Notes under the pieces: generated by a model
What the model was told of the DNA's origin: nothing
Databases searched by the model: none
Seen by the model: the letters and a program-made list of their open reading frames with translations, nothing else
Shown here: in pieces, positions 49,412 to 61,322 of the stretch
Layout of the letters: each line of letters starts with the position of its first letter
How positions within the stretch are numbered: position 1 is the first letter of the stretch
Source of the DNA: Cladosporium halotolerans
Lineage: Eukaryota
Assembly (NCBI RefSeq): GCF_011745625.1
Contig: NW_027191464.1
Span: 310,001 to 374,000, forward strand
Length of the DNA: 64,000 bases
Direction: 5' to 3'
Made by a program: the position numbers and the translations under genes

Positions 49412-50353
49412 ATGGCACTCCCCCTCCCACCGGGCTTAACGCCATCCGAGGTCGGCTTCCTCTGCGAAATGGAGCTCGTTACCGTCATCCCGCGCCAACG
49501 CCTTGAATCCCTCGAGCTCTTGGGTGTGAGTAGTAGCCGTCCAGCCTGATCACCCTCGCGAGCAAAGCAAAGGGAGTAAGAAGGCAGATCCTCGATTGCG
49601 CCCCTCAACACCCAGACTAACGATGTCTGCCCTCCTACAGGGTCCGACCCAACCATTAAATCCACCTTTTCCCGTCCCACTTCCTCTCTGGCTCGCCTTA
49701 CTCCTCAAGCGCCAACGCCGCGCTAATATTCAGCCTCCCGCCTGGCTCAATGTTCCTTCGCTCACACAAATCCTTGAATTCGAGACAGCCGAGACGACAG
49801 CCGCGGTCTTCTCGCCTCCGCCAGGCCTGCCTCCACCTACCTCCACCGCCGAAGAAGAAGCATCTTACCTCGCGTCTGAAACACTCGAGCTCTCGACACC
49901 GTTCCTGAAAGATACACATACCTCACGCGCGCAAGCGGACGCTCTGCCCTACCACTGGCTCGAATTGAGCCACCTGGTGCTCACGCACGCGGGAGACGAC
50001 GTGGAAGATGCGGACGCTGTACGACGACTACTGAGAGATTTGCGCGAGGTGAGAATGAGTAAGCTACGGAAGGGCTTTCGAGTGTTGGAAAGCGGAGCTG
50101 GACTGCAGATCAACGGCGTCGGCGGTATGGAAGTCGCGGAAGTGAGAGGGTTCGTTGGTGGAGTTGTCGATGGGCTGAGGTCAGTTGATCATGGTCTACT
50201 TTAACTCCCTGTTATACTTTGCTGACTTGTCCATGTAGGAAGATCGGCCGTTCACGAGAGGAAGCTCGAAGAGAACGTGAAGCCGAAGAACAGGAGAACG
50301 GCTTTGGTAGTAGTTCCTACCGTGACGAGGACGACGATGACATGCAACTATAA
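49412..50353 (+). CDS. PSF2: GINS complex subunit Psf2, 3 exons
   Basis: [74 protein letters not shown]. The last exon ends DEDDDDMQL* at 50353. Confidence 0.93.
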
Positions 50354-50630
50354 TGTACATTTCCATTTCTGTCTCAGCATTTTGCCCTCTATGGTTACAA
50401 TGTGATGTGATGTATGATGCCGGCAAGTCAAAGTGAAACGTTCCACGATGCTTTCAGATTTGAATCGTTCCTTGCCAGCGATCCACGGCGCCCCTGATTC
50501 TTGTAAGTACCACATATCAAGCCTCATCTCTCAGACGCTTCCGCCACGCATATTCTCCCCCAGTGCCTCCCCACAACAGCTCATCTCTGATACGAGGCGA
50601 ACTGTACCGCAACGCGAGCCATTTTCCCCT

Positions 50631-51563
50631 TTACGCAGCAGCAGGCGCCTTCTCCGTGGCCTCCCTCAAGGGCTCCGTGACAGTCTCAATCGCAGGCGGC
50701 CACGTCGCATCAGGCCAGGGCTTCTTGATCGCATCCTGCAGCTTGACCACGCAGTTCTTCGGCCCGGGAACCGCGCCAGCGACGACCACGATGCCGTTCT
50801 CCTTGTCGACCTGCATGACCTTCAAGTTGGCCACCGTCATCTGCTCACCACCCATACGACCAGGCATTTTCTTGCCGGGCAGCACTCTGCTGCCGCTGCC
50901 CTGTCCACCACCAGACGAACCCATCAATCTGTGCGCGAGCGAGTTACCGTGCGATGCCGGTTGACCGCTGAAGTTGTGGCGCTTCATGCCACCCTCGAAA
51001 CCCATACCCCTGCGGTTCGCGCGCGCGTCGATGAACTGGCCCGGGATGAAAAGGTCCGCTGTGATTTTTGAGCCGATGGGCGGCAGGCCGGCCTCGTTCT
51101 TGACTCTGAACTCCGCCAGCTCCCTGCTAAGCGGCACTCCTTGCGCAGCGAAATGGCCTCTCTCAGGCCGTGTGACGTTCCTTGCCTCTTTCGCGCCCGC
51201 GCCAACTTGCACAGCCCAGTAGCCGTGGACGTCGCGCCGCTTGTGGCTCACGACCTGGCATCTGTCAAGCTGCAGGACTGTGCAGGGCGTGCGCTTCGCG
51301 GTCTCCGGGTCGAAGATCGCGGTCATTCCCTTCTTGATGGCCAGCGCGCCAGTGCGGAGCGGCATAACATGCTCTTTGCGCTCGAAGGCCGCGGTGTGTG
51401 ACGATCCAAGGACGGGCAGCGACTGCGATGCATTGAATCGGCTGGGTTTGGGGATCGGTTTGAGGATCGATCGGATTGTGCGTGTCTGTGTGACGGGGAG
51501 CGAGGGGCAGAGGAATCGGGGCGGGAGGGCGAAAAGCCGTGTCGTCGCCTGTCGGGGAGGCAT
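50631..51563 (-). CDS. Mitochondrial ribosomal protein uL3m (yeast Mrpl9-like)
   Basis: RTGALAIKKGMT, GMGFEGGMKRHNFSGQPASHGNSLAHR, KKMPGRMG, GAVPGP; Arg-rich presequence from ATG 51563. Confidence 0.93.
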   Translation of the reverse strand: MPPRQATTRLFALPPRFLCPSLPVTQTRTIRSILKPIPKPSRFNASQSLPVLGSSHTAAFERKEHVMPLRTGALAIKKGMTAIFDPETAKRTPCTVLQLDRCQVVSHKRRDVHGYWAVQVGAGAKEARNVTRPERGHFAAQGVPLSRELAEFRVKNEAGLPPIGSKITADLFIPGQFIDARANRRGMGFEGGMKRHNFSGQPASHGNSLAHRLMGSSGGGQGSGSRVLPGKKMPGRMGGEQMTVANLKVMQVDKENGIVVVAGAVPGPKNCVVKLQDAIKKPWPDATWPPAIETVTEPLREATEKAPAAA

Positions 51564-52069
51564 TATGGCGGTTTGTGAGTGAGCCGTTCGTCTTGCAGAG
51601 CGGCTTGCCCTCAATCTTGAAGTCGTCTTGTTCTGGCTTCATGTGGTATGGGCTTGCGGGCGCTGCTTCTCCGCAAGCCAGAAATCCTGGCCCGAAAGTC
51701 ACGACTTTTGCAGCCTACTCTTGCAGACTTGATCTTTTGAAAGGAAGTAGTCATTCTAGTCGACGCGAAATTAGATGCTCACTCACGAGCAACTGGCTTT
51801 TTGAAGGACTAGAGTTCAAGAGAGTCATTTCGACGATTCATCGACGAGGAAGAGGAGAGTCCTTCACAGAACTTGAGGTTGTGACCTTGTTCAACGACGC
51901 CACATCAACCAATAAACCGATATTGCATTGACTTTAATCGAAAGCTCGGAATCTGGACGAGCGAACCAAGAGCCGGCTGGGTTCCAGCAGATACTCAGAA
52001 AGATTTTGAATTTTCACGCACAACAAACAAATACATATCCCTTCGACTCTGGAAAACACAAAGACAACC

Positions 52070-52630
52070 ATGTCATCTGAGCAACAGCCCTCCGCCTCCG
52101 CGGACCCTTTCGAATCCCTCCTCTCGCTGGAAGAGCAATACCACACCGAAGGCCGCAACCTAGGCATCGCCGAAGGCGAGAAATCCGGACGAATCGAAGG
52201 CCGCGTGTTCGGCCTCGAGAAAAGTTTCGAGAAGTTCATCGAGTTCGGCAAACTTAGCGGTCGCGCTGCAGTTTGGGACGCAAGGTTACCGGAGGCTTCG
52301 ACCGGTCTTGAAGTTGGCAAGGAGGAGCCGCCTGGCTTGGGGCCTTTGCCGGGTGCCGGCAGCGAGAGGTTGGGGAGGCATGTGAAGCGGTTGGTGGAGC
52401 TGACGAATGCGGACGATGTCAGTCGGGAGAACAGTGAGGATGGCGTGCAGGATTTTGACGATCGATTGCGGGAGGCGAAATCTAAGGCGGTGTTGGTCGA
52501 GAGGCTTGTGGGGGAGGGAAAGGAGGGGTCTGGTGGCAATGCGGTGAAAAGGGCGGGTGTCAAGCCTACCCAAACGAAGTCGGACGAGATGGAAGATTTC
52601 GGGGGACTGCCGCGTGCCCTGCAGAAGTGA
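52070..52630 (+). CDS. Lto1/ORAOV1-like protein (Yae1_N deca-GX3 motif)
   Basis: DPFESLLSLEEQYHTEGRNLGIAEGEKSGRIEGRVFGLEKSFEKFIEFGKLSG, showing repeated GxxxG. Confidence 0.8.
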   Translation: MSSEQQPSASADPFESLLSLEEQYHTEGRNLGIAEGEKSGRIEGRVFGLEKSFEKFIEFGKLSGRAAVWDARLPEASTGLEVGKEEPPGLGPLPGAGSERLGRHVKRLVELTNADDVSRENSEDGVQDFDDRLREAKSKAVLVERLVGEGKEGSGGNAVKRAGVKPTQTKSDEMEDFGGLPRALQK

Positions 52631-52768
52631 ATGGGATTTTCATTTGGCTTCTCGGCAAATCTGGGAAGCTATTGCTACACCTCTGTCCTACCAACGCCAC
52701 GCTTGAGAAAAAAGAAGGAAAGGAATCAGCAAACCATCCGACGAGCTATCACAGCTCTAAACAAGTCA

Positions 52769-54522
52769 TCACAACGCAGCCGCGCCATCAAGGGCGTTCT
52801 CTGTCGCCGGTGCCGGAGATTCGACGCGCTGCTTCTTTGCATCCGTGGCACCATCCACTTGTGGGAGGTTGCTCACGTCTGTCAAAGCCGGTCTTTTCAC
52901 CGCGGTTGGTGGTTTGTACGAGCCACGGTTTTGCGGTCCTCCCCCGCCAGGCATGCCAATCCTACGTGTAGGATCCACGGAAGGATTAACGAAGTTTCCT
53001 CTATTGGGTCCAGGCGCGCTATTGGTTCCCTGCGCAGGAGCTTGTGGATTGTTTGGCTGCGCCTGTCCATTCGCTGCACCAGCCAGTGCACCATTCAGTG
53101 ATTGGCGCATGACTGGCGCAGACTTTCCAGGGTTGATGCCTTGTGTCCTACGAATCGAGGGGCTTTCGGCATGTGGGTTGAAGGCAGCTGGCGCATTCCC
53201 AGGTTTGCCTTCGGTTGCCTGGTTCAAGTAGGACGCGCTCCGACCAGTTACGAAGCCTTCGGGCGCACCTGGCGGTGGTTGAGTCGGGACTGGTGGCTGG
53301 TGTTCATCTGCCGCTTGGTCGTTCGACCCTGCGCTTTTCTGTTGCTGTGGCTGGCCTTCTTCTGCCGAAGAGGAGTTGGATCGATTGCCTGCGCCATCCA
53401 GGCCGTGTGCACTGTTCATAGGTGCGGCATGACGCTGGTTTCCAGGAGTTTGTGGTGGAAGCATGCGACCAGGCTGTGCCTGCCCTGCGTTGGGCGGCGG
53501 TCGCTGGACGCCTGGTGGTCTTTGTGGACCTTGGGGCCCTTGAGGTGGTTGCGGTTGCTGCAGGTTCGGAGGCCGAAGGTGCGGCATAGAGTGTATCCGT
53601 TGTACGCCATTTCGTTGTGCGTTTGCCTGCCTCTGTGCAGGAGATTCCATTGCTCGCGAGTCGTCTAGGCGAACTTCGTCTGGATGGCTGAAATCAGTGT
53701 CGTCAAGATCGTTGCCTCCAAAGTCGTCTTCAAATTCGACTGAGCCAAAAGAGGTAGTAGATCGATTGCTCGGCATCCGCGTCACCTCATTGCCTCTGCC
53801 AGTCCCGTTTGCTCCATTGACATTGTTCTGTTGTTGCTCCCTCACGGCTTGTTCTGCGATCGACTCCCGTTTGATAGGTGCATAGTCCGGATGGCGATAA
53901 AGGTTATCCGCATCCCATTTGCTCGGCGCCACTTTCACCTTCGTCACCTTTTGTAGATAGTCCTTGTCGTAAAGGCAGTTTCCAAGCACGTTTCCGAAGT
54001 TGCGCAAAGCACGCTTGAGTGCGTCTGTCGCAGCCTCCTTTTTCGCTTTCTCAAAAGCGGCTGCCTTTCCTTTGCAATTCTCAATGTGCCCGTAGCCAAT
54101 ATCTTCATGGAATGTTCCGTCACGCAACGTCACCCGCACGATCGTGCTCAGGCCTAGTGTGATCTTTGCGTTTGTCGTGTTCTCGTCGACAAAATCGATC
54201 TGCACATTCTGTATGGACGAGCTCCAGCCGTTGAAACCGAACACCTCGTTCGCAAGATTAATGACCTTCTCCGCTGCGAGGTAATGAACCTTGCCCCCGC
54301 CGGCTCCAGGCCGCGTAGAGATGTATTCTGGCCCTAATTGCTTTTCCAGCCTCGAAGAGAGTGTAGCTATCTCCTGGGCCGTCCATTCCGATATGCGAGG
54401 TGTTGGTGGCGCGAACGGGTTCACGGTCGCAGCATTGTCGCGATGCTGATCACCTGGCCTACGTTCTTGTTAGCGCTGCGGTACAGTAAGATTGTTTTCA
54501 GGGAAGGTTCTTGCATAGGCAT
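52769..54522 (-). CDS. RAD52: DNA repair and recombination protein Rad52/Rad22, 2 exons
   Basis: LEKQLGPEYISTRPGAGG, INLANEVFGFNGWSSSI, DGTFHEDIGYG, AFEKAKKEAATDALKRALRNFGNVLGNCLYDK. An 8-nt first exon (ATG 54522) joins via intron 54514-54459. Confidence 0.95.
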
Positions 54523-55077
54523 TATGGCACATCACTCTGTCGTCTGATCTGCTGCTAGACGGTGTGTGGTTGGAAAAGAAACAGAAGTGAGTGAGTGAAA
54601 GTCGCCTCGAGCAGGCGACAGCAGTGGAGTGAAGCAACACGCGACTGGTCGACGCGACTTGTGCGGGCGCGATGACGAGCAGCGGCCTTGAACTGCCTTA
54701 CAGCCTCAGGCACCAGCCCATTGTCTCGACGCCAGATCACGTGTTGGACCCTGCTTGGGCCGATTGCGTACGCCGATCTCATTGCTCCTGGCGCCGGCTG
54801 ACGCTTGTCCATCGGCGCTGCCAGCGTCTCCCTATGAATTGTATGTACTTTCGTTCATCCGGTCACTGTTTCCTTTGATACTCCCTATTGTCGGCGCCCC
54901 CTCGACCGGTCCGCCCGTCTCTATTCACGCGATCGAGGTCGTCGTCGGCAAACTATCTTCACCCTGAGACGCCGGATGCTAATCGCGACACCTGTTTCTT
55001 GGGCCAGCTGAGGGGACCATTGAAGCGACAAGGGCGCTGCTTCGCGACTCGGCGTAGGCCCAAAGGGTCTTCTCAAA

Positions 55078-57052
55078 ATGTTTGACCAGATGAATCTCAT
55101 ATCTTCGCGACGACAGCTATCATGGCCTGCGGTGTTTCTGTCAACACTCCTCTCGTTGATATGCTTCTCGACACCTGCGACGGCTGCCGACAAGACAGCA
55201 GCTGACTACTATATTCACTCATTACCTGGAGCGCCCTCGCCATTACTCAACATGTATGCTGGTCACGTTGAAATTACTCCTGAGCATCATGGCAACATGT
55301 TCTTTTGGTTCTACAAGAACAGACACATCGCCAATCGTCAGCGGACCGTTATCTGGCTGAACGGAGGTCCTGGGTGCAGTAGCATGGACGGCGCAATGAT
55401 GGAGGTTGGGCCATACAGGGTTAAGAAAGACGGAACTTTGACGATGAACGACGGGAGCTGGGACGAGTTTGCGAACTTGCTGTTCATCGACAATCCTGTT
55501 GGAACAGGGTTCAGCTATGTGGACACAGATTCGTATCTCTCTGATTTAGATGAGATGGCAGTTCAGATGACGTCGTTTCTGGAAAAATGGTTTGCCATCT
55601 TTCCAGAGCATGCGCACGATGATGTGAGTTGCAGGACCTCTTGTTGCAAGAAAAGCAGACGCTAACCGCTTTCAGATCTACATTGCTGGTGAATCTTATG
55701 CAGGCCAGCATATTCCATATATCGCGAAAGCAATGCTGGATCGTAATGCAAAGAAGGATCACGACAAGTGGAACGTTAGTGGGCTTTTGATTGGCAATGG
55801 TTGGATTTCTGGAAAGGACCAGTACCCGGCCTACATCAGCTATGCGAAACAAGCTGGTCTGGTGAAGGCGGACAGTGAATCTGCAGGCCAGCTGGACCAA
55901 ATGCTGGCTGCTTGTAATGTCGAACTGAAATCTGGCGGCAAAGACCACGTCGACGTTCAGCGGTGTGAGGCAATTTTGCAGGAGGTGTTGCGCATCTCGA
56001 CCAAAGAACTCGGCGGACAGTGCATCAACATGTATGACACTCGCCTCAAGGATTCTTACCCAAGTTGTGGCATGAATTGGCCGCCAGACCTCGAGCAGCT
56101 CAACCCCTATCTCCGCCGTGACGATGTCACCCAGGCCCTTCACCTCAACCCGGACCACAAGTCTGGTTGGAGTGAGTGCAGTGGTGCTGTTAGCAGCCAC
56201 TTCAGAGCCGCCAAGTCGAAGCCGAGCATACAACTCCTGCCTGACCTTCTCAAACACATGCCTATTCTGCTCTTTTCGGGCGACAAGGATCTGATTTGCA
56301 ACCACCTTGGCACTGAAGAGCTCATCAACAATCTTGAATGGAACGGCGGTAAAGGAATGGAGTTGTCTGCTGGCACCTGGGCCCCTCGCAGTGACTGGAC
56401 GTTCGAAGGCGAACCTGCTGGTATCTACCAGTCTGCGCGCAACCTCACTTACGTCAAGTTCTACAACGCCTCGCACATGGTACCCTTCGACTTCCCGCGC
56501 CGTTCTCGCGACATGCTCGATCGTTTCATGGGCGTTGACATTGCGAACATTGGCGGAGCGCCTGCTGACTCTTTACTTGATGGCGAGAAGGAGCCTTCCA
56601 CGTCAGTCGGCGGTCACCCCAACTCTACCGCTGCGCAGGAAGCCGAACAGGACAAGCTGCAGGAGGCCGCTTGGCGCGCTTACCGTCGCTCTGGCGAGGT
56701 GGCGCTTTTCTTCGTACTCATTGCTGCCATCGCCTGGGGCTACTTTGTCTACCGCGACAGACGCAGACGCGCGGGCTATGCTGGGCTTTTCGGCACGGAC
56801 CCGGATGATGGCACCGGCAGGGCGCCCGAGATGGCTTCAGGCCTTGGCCTTAACGGGTACTCTGATCGCAGGCCCCAGCAGAGCAAAGAACAGAGGGACG
56901 TAGAAGCTGCGAGAGATTACGACGAGACTGAATTAGACGACCTGAGTGGAGGTAGAAAGGACAGCAAAGAGCAGGAGAGATTCGGCCTGGCCGACAGCGA
57001 GGATGAGGAAGATGAAGGAAGACCTGGCAGGGCGAACGGGCGGGTTGCTTAA
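55078..57052 (+). CDS. KEX1: Pheromone-processing carboxypeptidase Kex1 (S10), 2 exons
   Basis: Signal peptide, [48 protein letters not shown], single TM and acidic cytosolic tail. Intron ~55624-55677; the start could be 55090. Confidence 0.93.
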
Positions 57053-57837
57053 TCTACTATATGGAGTTCACATAGTATGGAGGATGCATAGCGGGCGTCT
57101 TTTCGGGCTGGTTTGCAGTGTATCACTACCATCATCTTTGTTCCATCCGAGATCTCAAAGCCAACAGGTTTCATCACTTTGTGCTTCGAAGAGGTCTTCA
57201 ATATCTTGGGCGGACTTGGGATGCCGAGTTTGCGCACTGTCGCGCCAGTGCTCAGCATGCAGAAGTTTGCAGATGGATGCTCTCCGGTTAGGAAATCATG
57301 TCTGAAGGTCTAAAGCGAAGGGTAGCACGCTAATGTATGTTGCAAGTACAGAGAAGGTGAGAGCTATCGCCCATTTACGGCTCTTTATTTGGACCTTGCA
57401 GGTCTATAGCAGCTTTCAAGACTACGAAACGACATCCCCTTTTGCCCAGAGTGTGTGCAAACTCTCAGATCGGCCATGGCAGCACGGCCAACAAAGAAAA
57501 CCCAGTCTCCATTCTGGCGGAACACTATGTTGCCAGAAACGGCCATTGAGTATTAATCCTTTTTTCGACCAAAAATTCTCATAGTGTCACCGCAGGTCGC
57601 TCCCCCGTGAATCATGTCAAGCACAAGATCTCAATCGAAATCGAGGGAAACGAAGCAACTCCCTTTCCGCACCTACCAGGGTCCCAAGCCAACACGATTT
57701 GAAACAACATGCCGCGCAGTCGACCCACATCTCGTAATTGAGATCCAGCCCCATGCCGGGCTGACGGCAGAATCGCGTGGTTCACTCCCCTGCACAACGC
57801 CTGGCTCGAGCGAATCGCAGGCTGGGCTCCGGGCGCC

Positions 57838-58281
57838 GTGCTCGAGGTTTACCAAAGACACCTGGTTCCCGTGGCGCAAGGACTTCTGGCAGAACATGGT
57901 GACTTCGAGCCGCCTTTTGACGATGACAGGAGACAAGACATGCCTAACGCCAACGGGAACCGCCGCAATGACAGGCGAGCGTGGCGTAACGGGATGGCTG
58001 ATATGGAGCACCTGGACCGGAAAATTGCTGCGAGAGGTCTGCCTATACCGCCAGAGTCGCCTTTGAGGAGAACGGCGTCTGTGCCTGCACGAAGGAGAAA
58101 TCAGAGAGGGTTCCTGCCTACCGCTGCTTCTGCGGTGACTGCAGCTTTTGCCTCGCGTGCAAGGGTGTGGCGTGGGAGGGTCGGTGACACCGGGAGCAGC
58201 GGGAATGTTTCTTCAAAGACAAGGTCGAGGTCAAGAAGCGGGCCTGCGGCCGGACGAAGAGATGGGCGGCGAGGATCGTGA
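57838..58281 (+). CDS. Possible small hypothetical protein (5' end unresolved)
   Basis: Open frame from ~57742 to 58281 with protein-like composition. No family recognised and no convincing ATG or intron solution. Confidence 0.25.
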   Translation: MLEVYQRHLVPVAQGLLAEHGDFEPPFDDDRRQDMPNANGNRRNDRRAWRNGMADMEHLDRKIAARGLPIPPESPLRRTASVPARRRNQRGFLPTAASAVTAAFASRARVWRGRVGDTGSSGNVSSKTRSRSRSGPAAGRRDGRRGS

Positions 58282-58729
58282 AAATCTATTCCCATCGCAT
58301 ATATGTATCGTATTACTCATCACTTTGGTGGTGGTGTAGTTCGGCTCTGGAGCAGGTACATTTTTCGATCAGTACTTGCCTGGCATTTTCATACTGATTT
58401 CATCGAGAGATTGTCTCTTGTTGTGAAACCTGTAGGCTCCGCGGGCCGGCTATACAACTAGATGACAGCTGCCATGTGAGGCTCTTCGAGTAGCAATTCG
58501 GTCGGTAGTCTAGAAGAGATGGTAGCACATCGCCCTCTCTTTTCCTGTTAGATAACGACGACATCGTGGGATAATAATGTGCCTCAATGAAAGAATCTTG
58601 TGACCTCAAGTTTTCCAACATGTAAGCGACCGGAAGGTGACGAGAAAGGTCGTCCGCAAATACCCTCAGACCATCTCTTCGCAATGATAACTAAAGAAAG
58701 CATTCTACAGTTCTGAAAAGCGTTGGATT

Positions 58730-60718
58730 TTACATCGAAGACCACATTTGCGCATCGAAAGACTGGTCCGAGGCTCGTGAGGGCAACAGGTATTCGTGGG
58801 CGTCGTTCGGTGAAGGGCTGCTCGACGGGCGGATCGCAGCTTCAACCGGCGCCAGTGATGGGGGTTGCATATTGGCGTTGCCGGTGTTCCTTGGTTGGGA
58901 TGGCAACACTTGATAGGGGCGGACAAGGCGGTAGAGGGAGCCTTTCTCGATGCCGTCTTATTAATAGTTTGTTAACGTACTTCCATTCCTTGGATTGCGG
59001 GGGACCGGCGGACTTACGAGCCAAGAGATAGATCAACTCCACGATCACAGGAACCCATACTGCCACTGCGATGATCTGCCCCAGTGGCCAGGTGCCGTTT
59101 GTTCTTGTCGTGGAACCCACTGGAAGCCAAAGTATGTACTTCATAATCATGCGGCTTATGTTGACCACGAACCAGAGTTCAATAAGGGGCACGATGATCA
59201 TGAGCATGTGCTCCTTAACATCCTGAAGTCGCTGCGCAATTTTGGGAGAGCGTACAGCTTGCCATTTGAGCTTGAGCACCGCGATTGGGTGACACCTCGA
59301 CAGACGTTCCATGATTGGCCGGTCATTAGCGATTTTCTCCAGTATCATGAACCCCAGTATGAATGGGGAGACGACCCAATGTTGAGCGCTCACGTTGAGC
59401 CCCTGGCTGGATCTATCTTCAAGGCAATGTTGAATTGGAGCTTGGCCCTGGCATGCATCCAGGCTGATCTCATTGTTGATCTGTCTCGGCTGGATGGTTG
59501 CTTCACCGCTTTTGACAATTGTGAACGTCGATACGAAGACACAGCATGTCGATGCGACAGTGGCATACCAAGACAGCTTGTCTGCTTTCCGGAGAAGGAA
59601 CATGCCGAAGACGACAGGTTCCAAGCCGCTGTATCCGATGTCCTGCATGAAGGAGACATTGTTCCACCACTGCTGCCAGGACGAGGCGTTCACGTAGTTC
59701 CCATTGTAAAGAGCGATCAGCACAGCGACCTCAACAGTGATGATAAAAAAGACTTGGGTCTTCTGGAACTCGACAAGCGACGCCACGAGTGATGCCACCT
59801 GACGTGGAAATCGAAGTCGCGCCTGGAGATCATCGGATCCTTCATACGCTGTCTCCAAGGCGAGTGAATACATGCGGCGGCACATCTGGCGGATCACGAA
59901 GAAAGGCAATGTCAAGCCTTTCACCCATGATCGGCTGAGTGACTGTGCTACATACGCACCAAGTAAGAGCGACAGTTGCATGATGTAAGAGATGATCACC
60001 TTTCGTCAAATGTCAGTAGAAGGAATCAGAGGACCGTCAAAGAACCAGAGCAAAACATATACTCACACCGACACCTCCGATGTCAGGATTTATAGAATCA
60101 TCAACGTGTTCGCAGATAGATGTAGTGAACGTCTGCCGAAAAGGAATGTTAGCTGGGTGTCTACATATGATCAGGCCGATCAGGGCTTACTGCTGAAGTG
60201 GCACCTAAGCCGTCTGTTCCAGTGGCACAAAATGCTCCGCCCTTCACATGATCGCACATAGTAGTTTCCTGTGGTCTCAACCGTAGGGCGCAAAGACTTT
60301 CGGAATATTGAGATAGATGTCGAGAGCGGCAGAATGCTTGTATGCAACCATTGACAACTGGATAGCTGTCGAGCGAAGTGACATTCGTGCCATTGTTTGC
60401 TTTGATGCCATACTTCTGCATCAGATTCTGAGGGTCCGTCATAGTCCCGTTTGCCAAAGCACTCTCAATGAAGGGAAGGTTGAGGCAGTTCGTCATGGTG
60501 GATGTGGCGTAGTCATGATTCCACAGATACTGAGGGCCTGATTCGAGGTCAAAGCAAGCCGCTGTGCAGTTCCATTCATTTTCACGCAACTGGCAGCCCG
60601 TCTCAAAGAGAACATTGGGCCATGCATTACTGAAACTTCGTGCCCTCTGCAAAGAGAGCCATGGGTCGTATCGAGTGAGGATACCGGCTGTAGTGAACTC
60701 CAGCAGTTCAAATGGCAT
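58730..60718 (-). CDS. Fungal multi-pass membrane protein with Cys-rich N-terminal region, ~4 exons
   Basis: Cys-rich exon 60718-~60260, short exon INPDIGGVG then VIISYIMQ, VEFQKTQVFF, WPLGQIIAVAVWVP, intron at ~59017, final exon HGIEKGSLYRL...* ending 58730. Confidence 0.7.
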
Positions 60719-61322
60719 GGTTGATTTTTTAAAGTTGGAAGGAGACAGAAAGTCTGGTGGAGAAGAATGGAGCTTTCTAAGAGATATCGCAAGGCTGAGA
60801 TATCTGAAGAGCTGAACTGAAGTTGCATATATGCCTGCATGTACCGACTATTCGTTCCGTCAGCGTGCGCTGATCCAGCTTTGCGCTTGTGATACTGATA
60901 CCTCATCTGGTTGGTTGATTGGGTAGAAGCTTACTGCAGCAAGGCTGCCCTTTGCATGGTACCGAAGCAGTTGGTAGGTCTGTGCATGCTTCTATAATGA
61001 ACACCGGATGCCTTCTCGTAGCTTTCTGCGTGCAACCAAAGATGGTCTACCAGTGGAAACGGGGCACTAATGGTAGGCTCGCCATCTTTTCAAAAGTTTG
61101 TGGCTTCGCAACTTTCCCCACCCTCGCCGGTAGCAGCTTTACTGTTATGAGAATGGCAGCGAGCGTTCTCGGACACCGGAATTAGCATCTCCAGTGTCAT
61201 TACGTAGAAGACCGTGCTACCATCACCTCAACACGTTCCAGAGATGCGTCTTTGTGAGGAAGGGAGAGAGAGGAGGTATCGGCTGGCGCGCCAGACTTTT
61301 TCAGACATGTGAGAACAACAGC

